The notes under the pieces: generated by a model
Databases searched by the model: none
What the model saw: the letters and a program-made list of their open reading frames with translations, nothing else
Told to the model about the DNA's origin: nothing
Source: Octopus sinensis
Lineage: Eukaryota
Length of the DNA: 64,000 nt
NCBI RefSeq assembly: GCF_006345805.1
Contig: NC_043000.1
Coordinates: 129,332,001-129,396,000 of the forward strand
Reading direction: 5' to 3'
Shown: positions 11,808-24,577 of the stretch, in pieces
How the letters are laid out: the number at the start of each line of letters is the position of its first letter
Numbering within the stretch: the first letter of the stretch is position 1
Translations under genes and position numbers: made by a program

Positions 11808-12676
11808 CTTTTTTTTTTCAGTCATAGAGTTAGATTTATGAAGGTCTTCAGTAGAAAATCCTTCGAATTCTGACTCGCTGCTTGATATAATGAAATTCGT
11901 ATCCATTTTTTGTCAGAATTACAAATTTTGAAAACACAATACAAACAAATTTCAGAAAAAAATCTCCCATAATTCACGGAATTAAAATTACACTTCGATT
12001 TTTGTACAAAACTGTATTTGAAGTGTTTACGAAGTATAATACGTGTTTTCACGAATGTACTAAAGAGATTTACTCTGATATTCTCATTTAAATATGAATA
12101 GATAAATTCGGGCGGTTTGGTAACGAAAGGGTTAAACGGATGCATACATTTATTAATAACTATATATAAGTGTCGTCTGTTTATACATAAACACTGTTTC
12201 ATACTTTCAGTTTAGTCTTCCTCAAATCACTCTGTCGCTATTTACTCTCTTCCAAGAACATTTTCACTCACTCTTATCTCTTAGCTTGCCATACATTTTA
12301 CTCATGTATCTATCAGCGTGATAGACAGAAACAAATATTACATCGCCATCGCCATCGCATTCTATTGTCTACCTGTCAACAAACACACAGTGAATTAGTT
12401 TCACTTTATTCGTTGCACACTGTGTGTGTGCGTTTGCGTGTGCTGTAAACCAGACTAAGAAAAGCATTTGACATACACACCAGAATGTGAGTTTTCTGTA
12501 AATTTTGCTTAATTGGAGTTTAAATTTTAAAAACTGGACCTGGCATAACCCGATGCATTCTACTCTTAAAAATGCTAGGTAAATTGTAATTGAAGAAATC
12601 CTATATTGTAGATTTCTATAAGTGACAAAGGGAGGCAGATAAAATCTGCCTTTTATAATAAGAGATGTACGTAGGT

Positions 12677-12971
12677 ATCATCATCATCATTATTATTTAA
12701 TGTCCGTTTTCCGTTCTAGCATGGGTTGGACAGTTCGACCAGGGTCTGGGAAGCCAGGAGGCTGCACCAGGCTCCAGTCTGATCTGGCAGTGTTTCTACA
12801 GCTGGATGCCCTTCTTAACGCCAACCACTCTGTGAGTGTAGTGGGTGCTTTTTACGTGCCACCGGCACAGGGGCCAGGGGAGGCTGCCAGTGGCCATGAT
12901 TGGTTAGTGCTTTTTACGTGCCACCAGCACAGAAGCCAGTCAAGGTGGCGCTGGCATCAGCCGCGTTCGGA
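12677..12971 (-). mobile_element. 5'-truncated copy of the RTE LINE 3' UTR (family B)
   Basis: Matches 30581-30890 closely, including the (GAT)n tail and the repeated gcttttacgtgccacc motif. Confidence 0.85.
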
Positions 12972-14777
12972 TGTATGTATGTGTGTGTGTATACATGTTT
13001 ATTTAAATAGTTATATATCTACATATACGTACCTACATACATACAAATATATAACATATATACGTACATGCATACATTAAAGTTTCAGGGATGTCTCTCA
13101 CACCCTGTCACAAAAATATGTAAATAAGCAGATTGTCATTCTCCCAATGTCAAAATTATGTCTATCAATCCCTCCATTTATAGCTGTAATTAACATAATG
13201 AATTGTTTTTAAATTTGAAATAATGAGAGTTAATTATACATACAGATTAACTGGCTGAACTGACCAGTTTAACAAGAGTAGGAGGAGCTGAGTAGACAAA
13301 AATAAACAACATTTATAATATAAAATACTAAAACAAAAATATCACTAAGGACATCTATTAAGTTGCTTTTCTCTACAAATTACTGAAATGAAAAGCTGTT
13401 ATGCAACTTTTTTATGTTGTCAAAGACAAAAACTAGAACAAGTTGTGTAACTTCATGACAACAATCATCACAACCATCAATATCGACCACCACCACCACC
13501 ACCACCACCACCACTACCACCACCACCACCACTACCACCACCACCACTAAGACAGCCTTTGTGTGATTGATTCACGTACAGGTTATGGTAGTTGTCAAAC
13601 AGCTTTCATATTATGTTCTACGATTTAAAAAAACGGAAGGTCACATAGGGCAGTGTAGTCCTAAGTATTATAAATGACCCGCTAGCAGTAACAACAGCAA
13701 TAATCTAACTGCCATAATTTCACTGTTGCTTGCAATAGATTAATAAAGTTTATCCTAAAACACACAGACATATCAAGTGTTTGGCTGTTTGGTCTGGACC
13801 AGATCTTTGAGGTAGTTTGGATTTGCTGTATAAACCTGTATAGGCTCAGGTGCCCAGGGCAGTTGGGGTAGTAAACACACAGGCTACACTGGGTGGCACA
13901 CAACCAGGCTATGCCACTGAGTTGATACTGCAAATTTGTATATTACTCATGTTATTTATAACTACCTGCCCATTGTGCTTTATTTTGGTTTACATCTGAT
14001 TACAATGGAATGACTGCTCAAGTGTTTCCTGTGAGAGAAATGCATTACACTCATAAGAGATCCATCTGTTGCCAACACCCTCAGTATGTCCCAACTGATG
14101 ATGCACAGGCAAACACTGAAGCTGTAGGATCTGCAGAGATTCATGAATGGTGAGCAAGTGTGACAGATATTTGCAAACCACATCTTCCTCCAGCTCAAGT
14201 CTTTGACAGAGCTACAGTACTGGGTTGCACAAAGGCCAAAATCGGGGACCTGGAATCTGGAATGTTGTTAGGTGCTCATAGTTCACAAGTTGGGTAATGT
14301 GAGTGGGAAGTACATCAACCCTTACATTCGATGGAAGGTTAGTAGTAGGCAAGAGCTATGGCATTCTTTGGAAGACTGGGGCACCTATGACAAAAAAAAA
14401 GACAAAACGGCAGAGCTTATTCTAGGAGGACTTCAGTATAGGAACTATAGATAAGTTCCTGAAATCTCTGACTTGTTAATGCCACAGAGGGTGGGCATTG
14501 CTGATTTGAGATAAACTAGTCCTGTTTGAGATGTATGCAGAGCAATGAAAATATTCTGCACACATGTTTAGTGTGTTAGTTATGTCCAAACAGCTGTTGT
14601 GCTGTGTATGAAGAATCCAACTATTAGCCAAATACGTCATGAGAGTTTCCATGTCAGTTATCTTCTCTAGTGAAGGTGACATGTGTGCACAGTACACTCT
14701 ACAGAGTGGCTGGAAAACGAATGGAGAATACATAGAAGAGAGAGGAAACTCTAGTTTGTTTTGTTTATGACAACCTT

Positions 14778-15222
14778 ATTTCTTTACTACCCACAAGGGG
14801 CTAAGCACAGAAAGGACAAACAAGGACAGACAAAGGGATTAAGTCGATTACATCGACCCCAATGTGTAACTGATACTTAATTTATCGACCCTGAAAGGAC
14901 GAAAGGCAAAATTGACCCTGGAAGGACGAAAGGCAAAATCAACCTCGGCGGAATTTGAACTCAGAACGTAACGGCAGACGAAATACCTATTCCTTTACTA
15001 CCCACACGGGGCTAAACAAAGAGAGGACAAACAAGGACAGACTAAGGGATTAAGTCGATTATATCGACCCCAGTGCGTAACTGGTACTTATTTAATCGAC
15101 CCTGAAAGGATGAAAGGCAAAGTTGACCTCGGCGGAATTTGAACTCAGAACATAGCAGCAGGCGAAATACCGTTAAGCATTTCGCCCGGCACGCTAACGT
15201 TTCTGCTAGCTTGCCCGCCACC
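14778..15222 (-). mobile_element. head-to-tail multimer of family C SINEs
   Basis: Two units plus an internal duplication. Junction gacgaaatac|ctattcctttac at about 14986. Confidence 0.85.
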
Positions 15223-15809
15223 TTTATTTGTGACAACCTTGTCAGTGGTGATACCACAATGAAATGCACTCAATAAAACTTTTTAGAATGGCTGTTGTTA
15301 GGAAAGGAACCCAGCCATAGAAACCATGCCAAATCACAAGTAAAACTGAAGTTTTCTGACCTTTCTAGTTCAGCAGTTGTTCTGAATATGAAATGCAATT
15401 CATGACAGCATGGAAAGCAAATACAAAATACTGCTGATGTATACATGTGTGCATACACACACACACACACACACACACACATGCATGCAGATATATGCAG
15501 ACAAACATATGTACATACATATATATGTACATACATACTCATATGCACATATACATGCATACAAACATCCATATATACATAGATAAGTCTTGTGATTATC
15601 TGTCTAGTCAAAGGAACATGGCTGGGTCAATTAGATTATAAAAGTCAAAGTGTTGGCATTGAGTGTCAGGAAGTTTTATCAAAAACACTGAGTCTAACAA
15701 AACACATTTTGTTTTGTCTCAAAAGTGTTTTCATACAAAACAAAGCTTCCTGTGATGGATTCATTGTTTTCATCATTTTAAACACATACACATACAGACA
15801 AACACTCAC

Positions 15810-15814
<5 letters not shown>

Positions 15815-15854
<40 letters not shown>

Positions 15855-15954
15855 CTCTCTCTCTCTCTCTCTCTCACACATACACATACACCCATGCACA
15901 CACACACGCACAGACACATATATACACATAAACACATATATAAATAAATATATC

Positions 15955-15992
<38 letters not shown>

Positions 15993-16034
15993 ATTATATA
16001 TATATATGTATGTATATATATATATATATAATAT

Positions 16035-16068
<34 letters not shown>

Positions 16069-16075
16069 ATATACA

Positions 16076-16127
<52 letters not shown>

Positions 16128-16150
16128 ATATATATGTATATACACACATA
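15815..16150. repeat. compound (CA)n/(CT)n/(TA)n microsatellite block
   Basis: Directly visible. Source of spurious YIYI/HTHT ORFs. Confidence 0.95.
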
Positions 16151-16182
16151 AACATAAGCATACATGTGTGTGTAAGCATATA

Positions 16183-17444
16183 CAGGGGTTGGACAAAATA
16201 ATGGAAACACCTAGTATCATAGCATCATAATTTTGAAAGATCTATAATACTGTCAAAAGCATGTTTATTTTTATGTTTTTTGATTTATTATTAGTGTTGC
16301 TTAATATGTTTTGCTAAATTTGCTGCTTCTTTTCAGATATCAGAAAAAGGTAATTAAAATTCATTAAAATGACAGATCTATTGGACTTTCAAAGAAGTAA
16401 GATTGTTGGTGTTCATATGGCAGGCACTAGCGTAACAAAAGCAACTGAAATGTTTGGTGTATCAAGAAGTACTGTCTCAAAAGTAATGACAGCCTTTGAG
16501 AAAGAGGGAAAAACCTCCTCGTCAAAACAAAACTCTGGAAGAAAACCAAAACTTTCAGACTCTTCCGGACCCTTACATGAATTGTTAGAAAGGATCACAA
16601 AAGAACAGCTCCCACAATTACTGCAGAGCTTAATGACTACCTCGAGAACCCAGTTTCCACAAAAAACTGTTCGCTGGAGGCTGTACAAAGCTGGATTTCA
16701 CAGGAGGGCTGCAATCAGAAAACCACTACTTTCAAAATCAAACACTACAAAGCATTTAGAGTGGAGTAAAAACCTACAGAGTGGAGAAAAAATCTAGAGT
16801 AGTGGAAGAATGTTATTTTTTCGGATAAGTCATCCTTTACCTTATTTCCAACCACCGGCTGTGGAGACAGCCAAAAGAAGCATTTGACCCAGACTGCCTT
16901 CTTCCAACTGTTAAACATGGAGGAGGATCTATGATGATCTGGGGAGCTATATCTTGGAAATCCACTGGCCCAATGGTTTTTCTTCATGGCAGAATTAATA
17001 GTTAAGACTATTTAAGCATTTCATCAGATCAAATTGATCCTATGCTTGCAGAACTGTTTCTGGAGGGAAACGCAATTTTTCAGGATGATAATGCACCAAT
17101 TCACAGAGCTAAAGTTGTTACTGAATGGCACAAGGAACATTCTAGTGAAGTTGAACATCTTATCTGTCTACCACAGTCATCAGATTTCAATATTATTGAA
17201 CATTTATGATGCAATTTAGAAAAACAAGTAAGGAGTTGATATCCTCCACAATCATCACAACAAGAACTGGAGACTATTTTAGCTGAAGAATGAACAAAAA
17301 TTCCTTTGGAAACAATTCAAAGTTTGTACGAGTCCATACCTCATAGAATTCAAGCTGTAATTACTGCCAAAGGTGATCCTATTCCATATTAAAATAAATT
17401 TGTTTGAAATTTTAAGGTGTTTCCATTATTTTGTCTAACGCTTG
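16183..17444 (+). mobile_element. full-length but inactivated Tc1-like transposon with DD36E spacing
   Basis: ~30-bp TIRs cagggGttggacaaaataatggaaacacct / aggtgtttccattattttgtctaacgcttg. HTH N-terminus in ORF 16369-16797, then FSDK, QDDNAP and NIIE motifs. Frameshifts and stops present. Confidence 0.9.
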
Positions 17445-17574
17445 TTTCTATCAAATGAATAAATGAATAGATTTCAAATTTTGCAACAATTGTTCTGCAA
17501 AGAATCTTTATTTAATATAAACATAAAACAATACTTTGGATTATGGAATGATAATGCTCATACTTCATAAAGCC

Positions 17575-17767
17575 TATATAAATGAAATATGTATGTGCGT
17601 GTGTGTGTATATACATATGAACACACACACACACATATACATACATACATACATACATACATACATACATACATACATACATACATGCATACATACATAT
17701 ATATATATATATGTATGTATGTATAAATATATATGTATATATATGTATATATATGTATATATATATA

Positions 17768-17830
<63 letters not shown>
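17575..17830. repeat. compound (TACA)n/(TA)n microsatellite block
   Basis: Directly visible. Confidence 0.95.
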
Positions 17831-17831
<1 letters not shown>

Positions 17832-18302
17832 TTGCAGGTGTTGTTAAATGCTAACACATTTACGCTATCTATTGCAATTATTTTACTATATTTCACTTGA
17901 CCTTATTCAGCATTACTACTAAATGAAAAAAAAAACAAAAAAAACACTTCATGGATTCAAATTTCCCCTTGTTAAATTTCTGCAAAAACATTTTGTCCTT
18001 GAAAAATTTTATTTTCATAGAGCTCGGTCAGAGAGAGAGAAAGGCCATGCCTTAAACTCTTTTGCATGCCTCCATGGACGAAATACAGATACCAGATCTC
18101 AGAGCTTTCAACAAATTTTTCTCTGCTAATGTACACAAGAAGCAGATAGTTTTGATAAAATAGTTGATAAAATAGTCTACTATCATATTGTACTGGTTAA
18201 TTTAGTCCCAAAAATAACTCTTGGCTTCTAGTGCTAGTTTCATAATATTGACACCATAACTAGCTGAGAGCCATGGCAGGGTTAGCGTTGCATGTAAACA
18301 TT

Positions 18303-18380
<78 letters not shown>

Positions 18381-18552
18381 AAACTTTTCTTTCTTTATAT
18401 ATATACTTTTTATTTATTATTTTGTACTTTACTTAATTATTGGCATATGTTTTATCATATATTTAATTTTTTTCTATATGGTATAATTTAATTATATCAT
18501 TGTTATTTCATTGTTGATTTGATAAAAGGTGGTTCTTCTCTAATTTATATAC

Positions 18553-18585
<33 letters not shown>

Positions 18586-18839
18586 TGTATGTATGTATGT
18601 ATGTATGTATGTATGTATGTATGATAGATAGATAGGTAGATAAAGAGGGCGATAGATAGATAGATAGATAGACACAAAGAGAGAAGGAGAGAGAGGTCTA
18701 ATAGATAATAGTCTTGCTAGATGTCAATGTATGATATACAAAAATATAAACCAATTTCCATGGACTGAATTTTTAAACTGCCAAACATTTAATCTGTTAC
18801 TCAATACATGTACATTTTGCAAGTAATGTATGTTTGTGA

Positions 18840-18880
<41 letters not shown>

Positions 18881-19528
18881 TGTGCATATGTGTGTGTGTG
18901 TTTACATGCAACTCCAGTCCTATGATAGTATATTTTCTATTATTCCTTTCTGTCAAACTAATACACCTGCTTGTTGTTCATACACCTGTCTTGTCATTTG
19001 TTTTCTGTAAGTTTGAACTATATATATATCTATATACATAAATGTGTAATGGTGTGTGACTGTGTGTGTGTGTCTGGGGTTACTCTAACTCCTCCCACAC
19101 TGTCCAACCGATTTTAATGATTTTTGGCACATAAGTAGATCACATGCCCTGAAGTTCAAATAAGGCTGGAATTTTTCGAAAACTCGATAATGCTTAGTTG
19201 GCATCAATTTTTGTGAGCTCACTTGGGTGTTTGAATGGAAATTCCCATAACCATGTTATTTTTCCTGCAGCTTTTCCATTTTCCGCATGTAAAACTTCAA
19301 CAAAATCGATAGAATAGTCTCTTAGGAAATGCTTATTCCATACAAGGTCAGAGGTGGGCTTAACTTCAACACAGAAAACATGAGCAACACTGAGTCCAAC
19401 AACTAGTATATATACATATATATGGAAGTGTGCGTGTGTATTTGTATTTGTCTCTCCCTTGCTTTATATATATATATATATATAAATTATAAATAAAAGA
19501 CAGAAGATGGAATATACGAGAATATATT

Positions 19529-19640
19529 ATTAATCACGACAATTGTTTCGACACATCCAACATCAACTCCTCTTGTGGGACACACAAAAACTGGTACAGG
19601 AGCATCTGGCAGTGCGGACGTATCTCGTCAGGTGATAAAT
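19529..19640 (-). ncRNA. type I minimal hammerhead ribozyme (Penelope-associated type)
   Basis: Minus strand: AUUUAUCAC-CUGACGA-GAUACGUCC..57 nt..GGAUGUGUC-GAAA-C-AAUU-GUC/GUGAUUAAU. Stem I pairs 8 of 9, stem II 9 of 9 (two G-U), core intact, palindromic loop 3. Predicted cleavage between 19538 and 19537. Confidence 0.8.
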
Positions 19641-20104
19641 AGATAAAAAATTTTGTTAAAATGACAGTTCCATAATGCAACTCTTCGTTTTACAGAGAGA
19701 AAAACAGCCTGACAGAGGAAAATTCTTCATATATATAGAAGATCCAAAAATAAAATTGCAGAAGACAAAAAGAGAAATGAACACCTAATCGAGTGAGAAA
19801 AGTATTGAAAATAACCGTTAACCAATATGGATGTATAAATGCCCTTGGGCAAGAAGCATGGCACGAGTACACATGCTCATACAAGCGTCAGCAAAAATGT
19901 GAGCATATGCACATGTAAGGTTAGGTGCACTCATAATTACAAAGCGGGTTAGATATTTAGTAGGTGTTTAGAATAATGGGGAGGTTTAAAGTAAATTTAA
20001 GTCATCCATACCTCAAAATAAAATAAAATTACACTAAGTTAACAGTTACTCAAAATTAATTCTCACTACATAATGCGAAAGTACATTTATATGCTTGTAG
20101 GCAT

Positions 20105-20495
20105 CTCAATAGTCTTTCAGAAATTCTATTACCAACAACAACACTGAACACCTTTTTGATCTCCATGTGTCCAACACACGTGGACATGCATACAAAGTCA
20201 GAAAACAGCACAGCTCCCATGACTTTTGGAAACATTTTTTCACACTCAGAGTTGCTGAAGCATGGAACAAACTGCCTGCGTCAGTTGTTGACTGCCATGA
20301 CACTGCATCCTTTAAGGCCCTCATGCTCTCCGAAATCCGCCGAAACCACACCTGATTGTCCCCCTGTATGTCATGACTCATGCACTGTTCTTTTCCTGAC
20401 GCTTGTACATTAACCTATGTACTATACATACACTTTAGATGAGTTGTAGAGCACCTGAGCACTGTACACAATGTTTTATTATTATTATTATTATT
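20105..20495 (+). mobile_element. CR1-clade LINE 3' fragment
   Basis: TRGHAYKVRKQHSSHDFWKHFFTLRVAEAWNKLPASVV matches the CR1 ORF2 C-terminal motif. (ATT)n tail. Confidence 0.8.
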
Positions 20496-20959
20496 AGTCC
20501 ACAGAATAGACAGGGATTCCTCAGAGCAGAGACGGCATCTCCTGGAAATTGCACTGTATGGTTTTGCATGTCTAACTATGGACCAAGTAATGTTGTATTT
20601 CGTATTAGCCTCTTTCAGTCGCCATATAAAATCTGCCAAATATGTCGAATGTCTCTTATTGATTGACCTAAAGCTGGCAACATGATTACGATAACCTGTT
20701 ATTCAATCTGTCTCTCTCTCAATATATATATATATTATCTTTCTTTTGTTTGTTTTAGTCATTGCATTGTGGAGATTCTAGGCCACTGCCTTGAGGTGTT
20801 AAGCCAAAGACATAAACTCCAGTCCTGATCTTTTTTTTGTATTTTACAAGTTTGCTACTTATTCTATCTGTCCCTAAGACCAAACCGCTAAGTTATGGGA
20901 ACAAGAAGAAACCAACACTGGCTGTCAAGTGGTTGTGAGGGAGAAATACAAAGAAGCAC

Positions 20960-21089
20960 ACACACACACACACACACACACAACGAGAGGAGAGAGAGAG
21001 GGAGAAGAGAGAGGGGAGAGGGAGAGGAGAGGGAGAGAGGAGAGAGAGGAGAGAGGAGAGAGAGAGAGAGGGGGGAGAGGGAAGAGATA

Positions 21090-21140
<51 letters not shown>
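20960..21140. repeat. (CA)n plus long polypurine (GA/GGAGA) tract
   Basis: Directly visible. Confidence 0.95.
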
Positions 21141-21143
<3 letters not shown>

Positions 21144-21278
21144 AGTGTTCAAATAAATTGAGACAGAGATAAAAAAGCATTAATTAGAGAACAAGCATCA
21201 AATTGATTCCAATTTGATGTTTGTTCTCTAACCAATGTTTTTTTTTTATCTCTGTCTCAATTTTATTTGAACACTTCT
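21141..21278. repeat. fold-back palindrome, ~65-bp arms, 4-nt loop
   Basis: agaagtgttcaaataaattgagacagag...catcaaattg attc caatttgatg...ctctgtctcaattttatttgaacacttct, with few mismatches. Confidence 0.85.
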
Positions 21279-21376
21279 TTTTTGAAGTTTTATAAACACT
21301 TTTGTCTCCATAAAAAGAGGCAAAAATTATTTCTTGTCATATATATATATATATACACACAGACACACACAATTCT

Positions 21377-22240
21377 AGGTAAATTCCACTACAGAAAATT
21401 CCACCAGGTAAATTTCACCATAGATAAATTCACCCGCTAATAATCACCGCGGTCAGTTTCTCTAGACTGTGGGTCACTACCTGTTATTTAATCTGTCTGT
21501 CTCTCAAGTCTTAAGAAGAGAGAGAGAGAGAGAGAGAGTCTGAGGGTGAGATAGAAAATAATCTTTATAATCTACTTGAATTGAGATGGGATCACTTTAA
21601 TGTATTCCCATCGAGCAAGAATCTATGAAAAAGACCCATTACAAAATTTAAAAACTAATATAATTTGGGATAAAGAAAGGAAAGATTAAATTTTAGCACA
21701 CATTTTATTATAACAATAGGATAAAAAATAACAGTGAGTACATTGTGAAGTAGAGTTAGGATAAGAAAGTTTTATTTATTTAAAGAAAAATTTCTTAAGA
21801 CAAATTATGTGCAATACTTCTTAAAAATTATGGAAGGCTTTCATTTTGATATTCCTGAACTAAGTTCTTCAGTCGTGCATCAATAATTTGATAGGTCTTT
21901 TACTTTTGTTGTTGTTGAGTCTCCACGTCAAACGTGTGCAACTTTTGTTTGGCTTAATCCTTCCTGAGATTTAAGGACAGTGCATAGTTTCCACAATTTT
22001 GGATGTGTGGATGTTAGTGATGAACGCAAAGCACTGTGGAACCCTTCTAAATAATGATTTCATAATAATAATAATTAATAATAATAATAATAATAATATT
22101 GATAATAATAATAACGATAATTTCACCATAGGTGAAATTTACCATGGTAGAATATAGCGCGGTGGAATTTACCTATAGTGACATTTACCTGGTGGAATTT
22201 TCTGTGGTGGAATTTACTGCAGTGGAATTTATTGGTGGCC
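21377..22240 (-). mobile_element. Mutator-like (MULE) remnant with inverted ends built from ~15-bp tandem units
   Basis: Arrays of ggtggaatttacc-like units in opposite orientation at 21377-21450 and 22119-22240. Internal minus-strand peptide LEGFHSALRSSLTSTHPKLWKL...RLKNLVQEY...FLRSIAHNL resembles a MULE transposase C-terminus. Confidence 0.6.
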
Positions 22241-22256
22241 ATATACACACACATAC

Positions 22257-22289
<33 letters not shown>

Positions 22290-22787
22290 CCATGGATTTC
22301 CACACAGTTTCTGTCTACAAAGTTTTGTTCATATGGTGTTAGTTGGTCTGGGTCTATAGCAGAAAACACTTACCCAATGTACTGTGTTGTGGGACTGAAA
22401 CTGAAGCCATGTGGTTGGAAAGTGAGCTTCTTAACTACATAGCCATACCTGCACTTGTACCATACAGCCATGCTGATAGATACAAACATACATAGATACA
22501 TATATTTATACATACATATATATATGGCGAGAAGTTGAGGTTATAAGAGATAATGGTGTCATTGCGACCCAAAGGTGTCAGGTAATGCTGAATAAGTGCT
22601 ATAGACAAACCATAGTTAAGTTCCAGATTCAGTAATATTGTGAAAAAATGGTTCAACGTTGGTTCTATGTCAGCATGTGTATATAAGAATTTTTTGCATA
22701 ATAAGATAAAAACCAAGGTTGGATGCTCTAATATCTATACAGCCTTGGTTTTTTATCGTTTACGCAAATAATTCTTATATATATATA

Positions 22788-22860
<73 letters not shown>

Positions 22861-23247
22861 TGTATATATATGTATGTATATATTTATATAAATAAGGATA
22901 AGATCTTTATTTAAAATACTGATCATATCAAGTGGCCAGCATGGGAATAAAAACATTACAGGTATTAATAATATTTCCTGAGCATTATACTAATACATCT
23001 GTATATTGTCTACACCACCTGTCCTCGACTTTTGATTTTTTTGTGAATTCTCCTGCTATATATATATAATATATACAGATAAGGTAAGAAATGAAATGGA
23101 TCAACATGTAACAATTAGAAGCTGATCATTAATATTGAATGATCATAGTTTAATTATGGTTAAGATAACATTTATAGCTGTTTTTGTTCGTTATTTTTTA
23201 GGTAAACTTGCGTTTATTTCATTCCATGTAACAAATATCATCGGAAT

Positions 23248-23283
<36 letters not shown>

Positions 23284-23362
23284 AATATATATATGTCCTG
23301 GGGTTGATTTGCTCGACTAAAGGCAGTGCTCCAGCATGGCCGCAGTCAAACAAGTAAAAGAG

Positions 23363-23393
<31 letters not shown>

Positions 23394-23645
23394 TTATGTC
23401 TGTCTGTCTATCTATCTTCACTCTATCTATCAATCAGTCTCTCTCTATACACACACGCACACATATATGGATAGACACATACACAAACACATATATATAT
23501 ATGCATATATTTATACATACATATATATATGCATATATATGTGTGTATGTGTGTGTGCATATATATATATATATACACACACATATAGTTTAATAAATAG
23601 GCAGCTAGATAGATAGACAGATAAATATAAATATATATATATATA

Positions 23646-23970
23646 CGTGGCACCTTGGGCAAGTATCTTCTACTATAGCCTCGGGCCGACCAATGCTTTG
23701 TGAGTGGATTTGGTAGACGGAAACTGAAAGAAGCCCGTCGTATATATGTATATATATATATATATGTGTGTGTGTGTTTGTGTGTCTGTGTTTGTCCCCC
23801 TAGCATTGCTTGACAACCGATGCTGGCGTGTTTATGTCCCCGTCACTTAGCGGTTCGGCAAAAAGAGACCAGTAGAATAAGTACTGGGCTTACAAAGAAT
23901 AAGTCCTAAGGCGGTGCTCCAGCATGGCCGCAGTCAAATGACTGAAACAAGTAAAAGAGTAAAAAGACTA
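23646..23970 (+). mobile_element. family A SINE, 5'-truncated
   Basis: Matches 1450-1800. Confidence 0.85.
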
Positions 23971-24429
23971 TATACATATATACACACACACACACACGCA
24001 GACATATACACACACACTCACATGCATATGTATGTGCATAGTCACAGATTGATTACTTGAAGTTATCTTACTTACGGTATTACAGGCAGTTATTGCGTAA
24101 TACTTTCTGGTGCTGGTGGACTAATGATGCCTGACTGGTAACTTGGTTGTGAATGAGCCTAACTCAGCTTAGCCACACCTTTTTATATATCGCTGTTCAC
24201 ACGGTGAATAATATATTGAGGATATTATGAAATAACTTGTAGCTATTGCCGAATAATCTCCCCTCCCACTGATAACAGTCACTTACGACAATAGCAACTA
24301 CAACAACTGTGGTGTGGTGACCACTACAAAAACTACAGCAGTAACTGTAATAACTACTTCAACACTAACAGTTACAGTTACAGCTACTATAATAATTAAT
24401 ACAAAGAAAAATACAAGGCTAATAATGAT

Positions 24430-24577
24430 AGCAGCGGCAGCAGCAGCAGCAGCAGCAGCAGCAACCACCATCACCATCACCACCACCACCACCACCACCA
24501 AAACCACCAAAACCATCACCACCCCACCACCACCACCACCACCACCACCACCACCAAAACTACCACCACCACCACTA
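24430..24577. repeat. (GCA)n/(CCA)n trinucleotide tract
   Basis: Directly visible. Explains poly-Ala/Thr/Pro/Gly pseudo-ORFs. Confidence 0.9.

Larger units (their letters stand above)
19500..20690 (-). mobile_element. Penelope-like element 3' remnant (GIY-YIG C-terminus plus hammerhead-bearing terminal repeat), interrupted by a CR1 fragment
   Basis: ORF 20415-20639 begins ADFIWRLKEANTKYNITWSIVRHAKPYSAISRRCRLCSEE, typical of the PLE endonuclease C-terminus. The hammerhead lies downstream on the same strand. Confidence 0.65.

Noticed and set aside
13680-14760. Several short ORFs in non-microsatellite sequence
   Set aside because: No consistent frame, splice pattern or recognisable motif. Probably a very old retroelement that I cannot classify by eye.
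15270-18491. Many 60-210 aa ORFs rich in YIYI, HTHT and CVCV (also at 23-25 kb, 36 kb and elsewhere)
   Set aside because: They are translations of (TA)n, (CA)n and (TACA)n microsatellites, which lack stop codons in some frames.
22913-22968. Hammerhead-like relic aaatac-tgatca...aaaac-attac-aggtatt
   Set aside because: Stem I-like pairing exists, but both catalytic segments deviate from CUGANGA and GAAA. Too decayed to call.
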